From positions 34,138 through 98,137 of the forward strand of contig JABHLR010000004.1 in the NCBI GenBank assembly GCA_018693315.1: DNA of 64,000 nt. Direction: 5' to 3'. Source of the DNA: an archaeon (GTDB lineage: Archaea; Nanobdellota; Nanobdellia; Pacearchaeales; GW2011-AR1). Shown here piece by piece: positions 63,193 through 64,000 of this stretch (its first letter is position 1; each line of letters opens with the position of its first letter). The notes beneath the pieces were generated by a model, which saw only the letters and a list, made by a program, of their open reading frames with translations, ran no database searches and was not told the origin of the DNA. A program made the position numbers and the translations under genes.

Positions 63193-64000
63193 TACTCAAA
63201 TCTCCAGTCCATATCCCCATAACTCGTTTGAGGTTTCAAAAATTCTTCATAAACAGGAGTATCGGTAGGATAGTCAACGTCCCAAATTTTAATTGGCCCC
63301 CTAAATCCCTGATAGTAAACAAAGTCGCTCACAGCGCCGCCCTGCGCTTTTACAGCCTTAACAAAAGGACTATCCTCGGAATGAACAAGGGAAATATCCT
63401 CATATTCATCAAGCGGATCATCCATCAAATAAAGCTTAGCGAATAATGTATTAAACGTACGCGGAGACAAATAAATACCGGCACCAAGAGGATTGATAGA
63501 CATGCCCTGTCCGGATTGCCCAACTGAAGGGATTAGGCGAATAGCACTTTCTAGCCCACTACCAAAATCATGAATATCTCCATTAATATAAACATACCTC
63601 AAAGGAATCCTATGCTGAACATTATTATAAATATAAACGGCCTCAGGTTGCTCAATACCCCCATCAGAAGATCGAATTTTCAATATAATACCACCAATGT
63701 ATGCTTTATACGAGGGCCTTCCTCTGTCATCATAACTAGGACCAGGTAAGAAAATATCTTCGTAGTAAATATCTTCATCAACAACGCCATTAAGTTGATA
63801 AACAGTTGTGATCCCAGCAGCAGTTTCCTGAGTATTCTTTTCATCAACCGCCCCGACAGGAATCATCGAAAATCTATCCCAATTGTCATCAGAACCAATT
63901 TTAGAATAGGCAGCATATTTTCCCAAGTCAGTAGGATCTATCAACAGATAAGAAATTTCCTGTGTCTTTAGAAAACTATAAGCACTAGCTGGCTTATCCG
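63192..64000 (-). CDS. aglB: C-terminal part of an oligosaccharyltransferase AglB/STT3-like protein (partial; continues past the window)
   Basis: The frame stays open to position 64000. EISYLLIDPTDLGKYAAYSKIGSDDN resembles the STT3 segment DVDYVLV..GYSGDDINKF (from memory). Sits at the end of the glycosylation cluster. Confidence 0.5.
   Translation of the reverse strand, partial: DKPASAYSFLKTQEISYLLIDPTDLGKYAAYSKIGSDDNWDRFSMIPVGAVDEKNTQETAAGITTVYQLNGVVDEDIYYEDIFLPGPSYDDRGRPSYKAYIGGIILKIRSSDGGIEQPEAVYIYNNVQHRIPLRYVYINGDIHDFGSGLESAIRLIPSVGQSGQGMSINPLGAGIYLSPRTFNTLFAKLYLMDDPLDEYEDISLVHSEDSPFVKAVKAQGGAVSDFVYYQGFRGPIKIWDVDYPTDTPVYEEFLKPQTSYGDMDWRFE

Overview
Low-GC archaeal chromosome fragment, probably from a small-genome DPANN-type archaeon. 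This is inferred from Orc1/Cdc6, PolD DP1+DP2, RpoD/F/N, L18e, L21e, the S13-S4-S11-RpoD-L18e-L13-S9 cluster, class III pilin-type signal peptides and an AglB fragment. Left to right: housekeeping genes and a giant pilin-signal surface protein (0-7 kb); a small glycosylation/membrane cluster with an 855-bp direct repeat flanking a sugar dehydrogenase gene (8-13.6 kb); a second giant surface protein (13.7-16.3 kb); a replication island on the minus strand (17-27.6 kb: candidate oriC, cdc6, PolD DP1, DP2, an unknown 126-aa ORF, then a complete bacterial-type C-family polymerase DnaE); a tRNA-Ser locus with nested tRNA fragments (28.3-28.6 kb); an accessory stretch (28.6-37.6 kb) with wHTH proteins, iteron-like repeats, an HNH protein, XerA and a catalytic-domain-less recombinase protein; a long ribosomal-protein/RNAP operon (37.6-42.1 kb); a MacB/FtsX-type ABC transporter; RpoN; an orphan 5S rRNA; a PEP-CTERM-like protein; tRNA-Arg/Gly/Leu; secF-secD; and a 12-kb protein-glycosylation island ending in a partial aglB (51.6-64 kb). 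The most unusual observations are: (1) DnaE appended to an archaeal PolD/Cdc6 replication island; (2) an extreme strand-wide compositional asymmetry (C>>G on the + strand whatever the coding strand) from 1 to about 49 kb that fades across the secF/secD junction and does not switch at the cdc6-linked origin candidate; (3) a conserved 54-62-nt two-helix hairpin element with compensatory changes, found four times next to tRNA genes among duplicated or decaying tRNA fragments, once with an intact tRNA-Ser in its loop; (4) a roughly 3.2-kb compositional island with inverted arrays of a CTCACTTTTC motif; (5) TATA boxes phased 21-23 nt before the ATG of about 18 genes, implying mostly leaderless mRNAs. 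All calls come from reading the sequence and recalling protein families; no searches were run.
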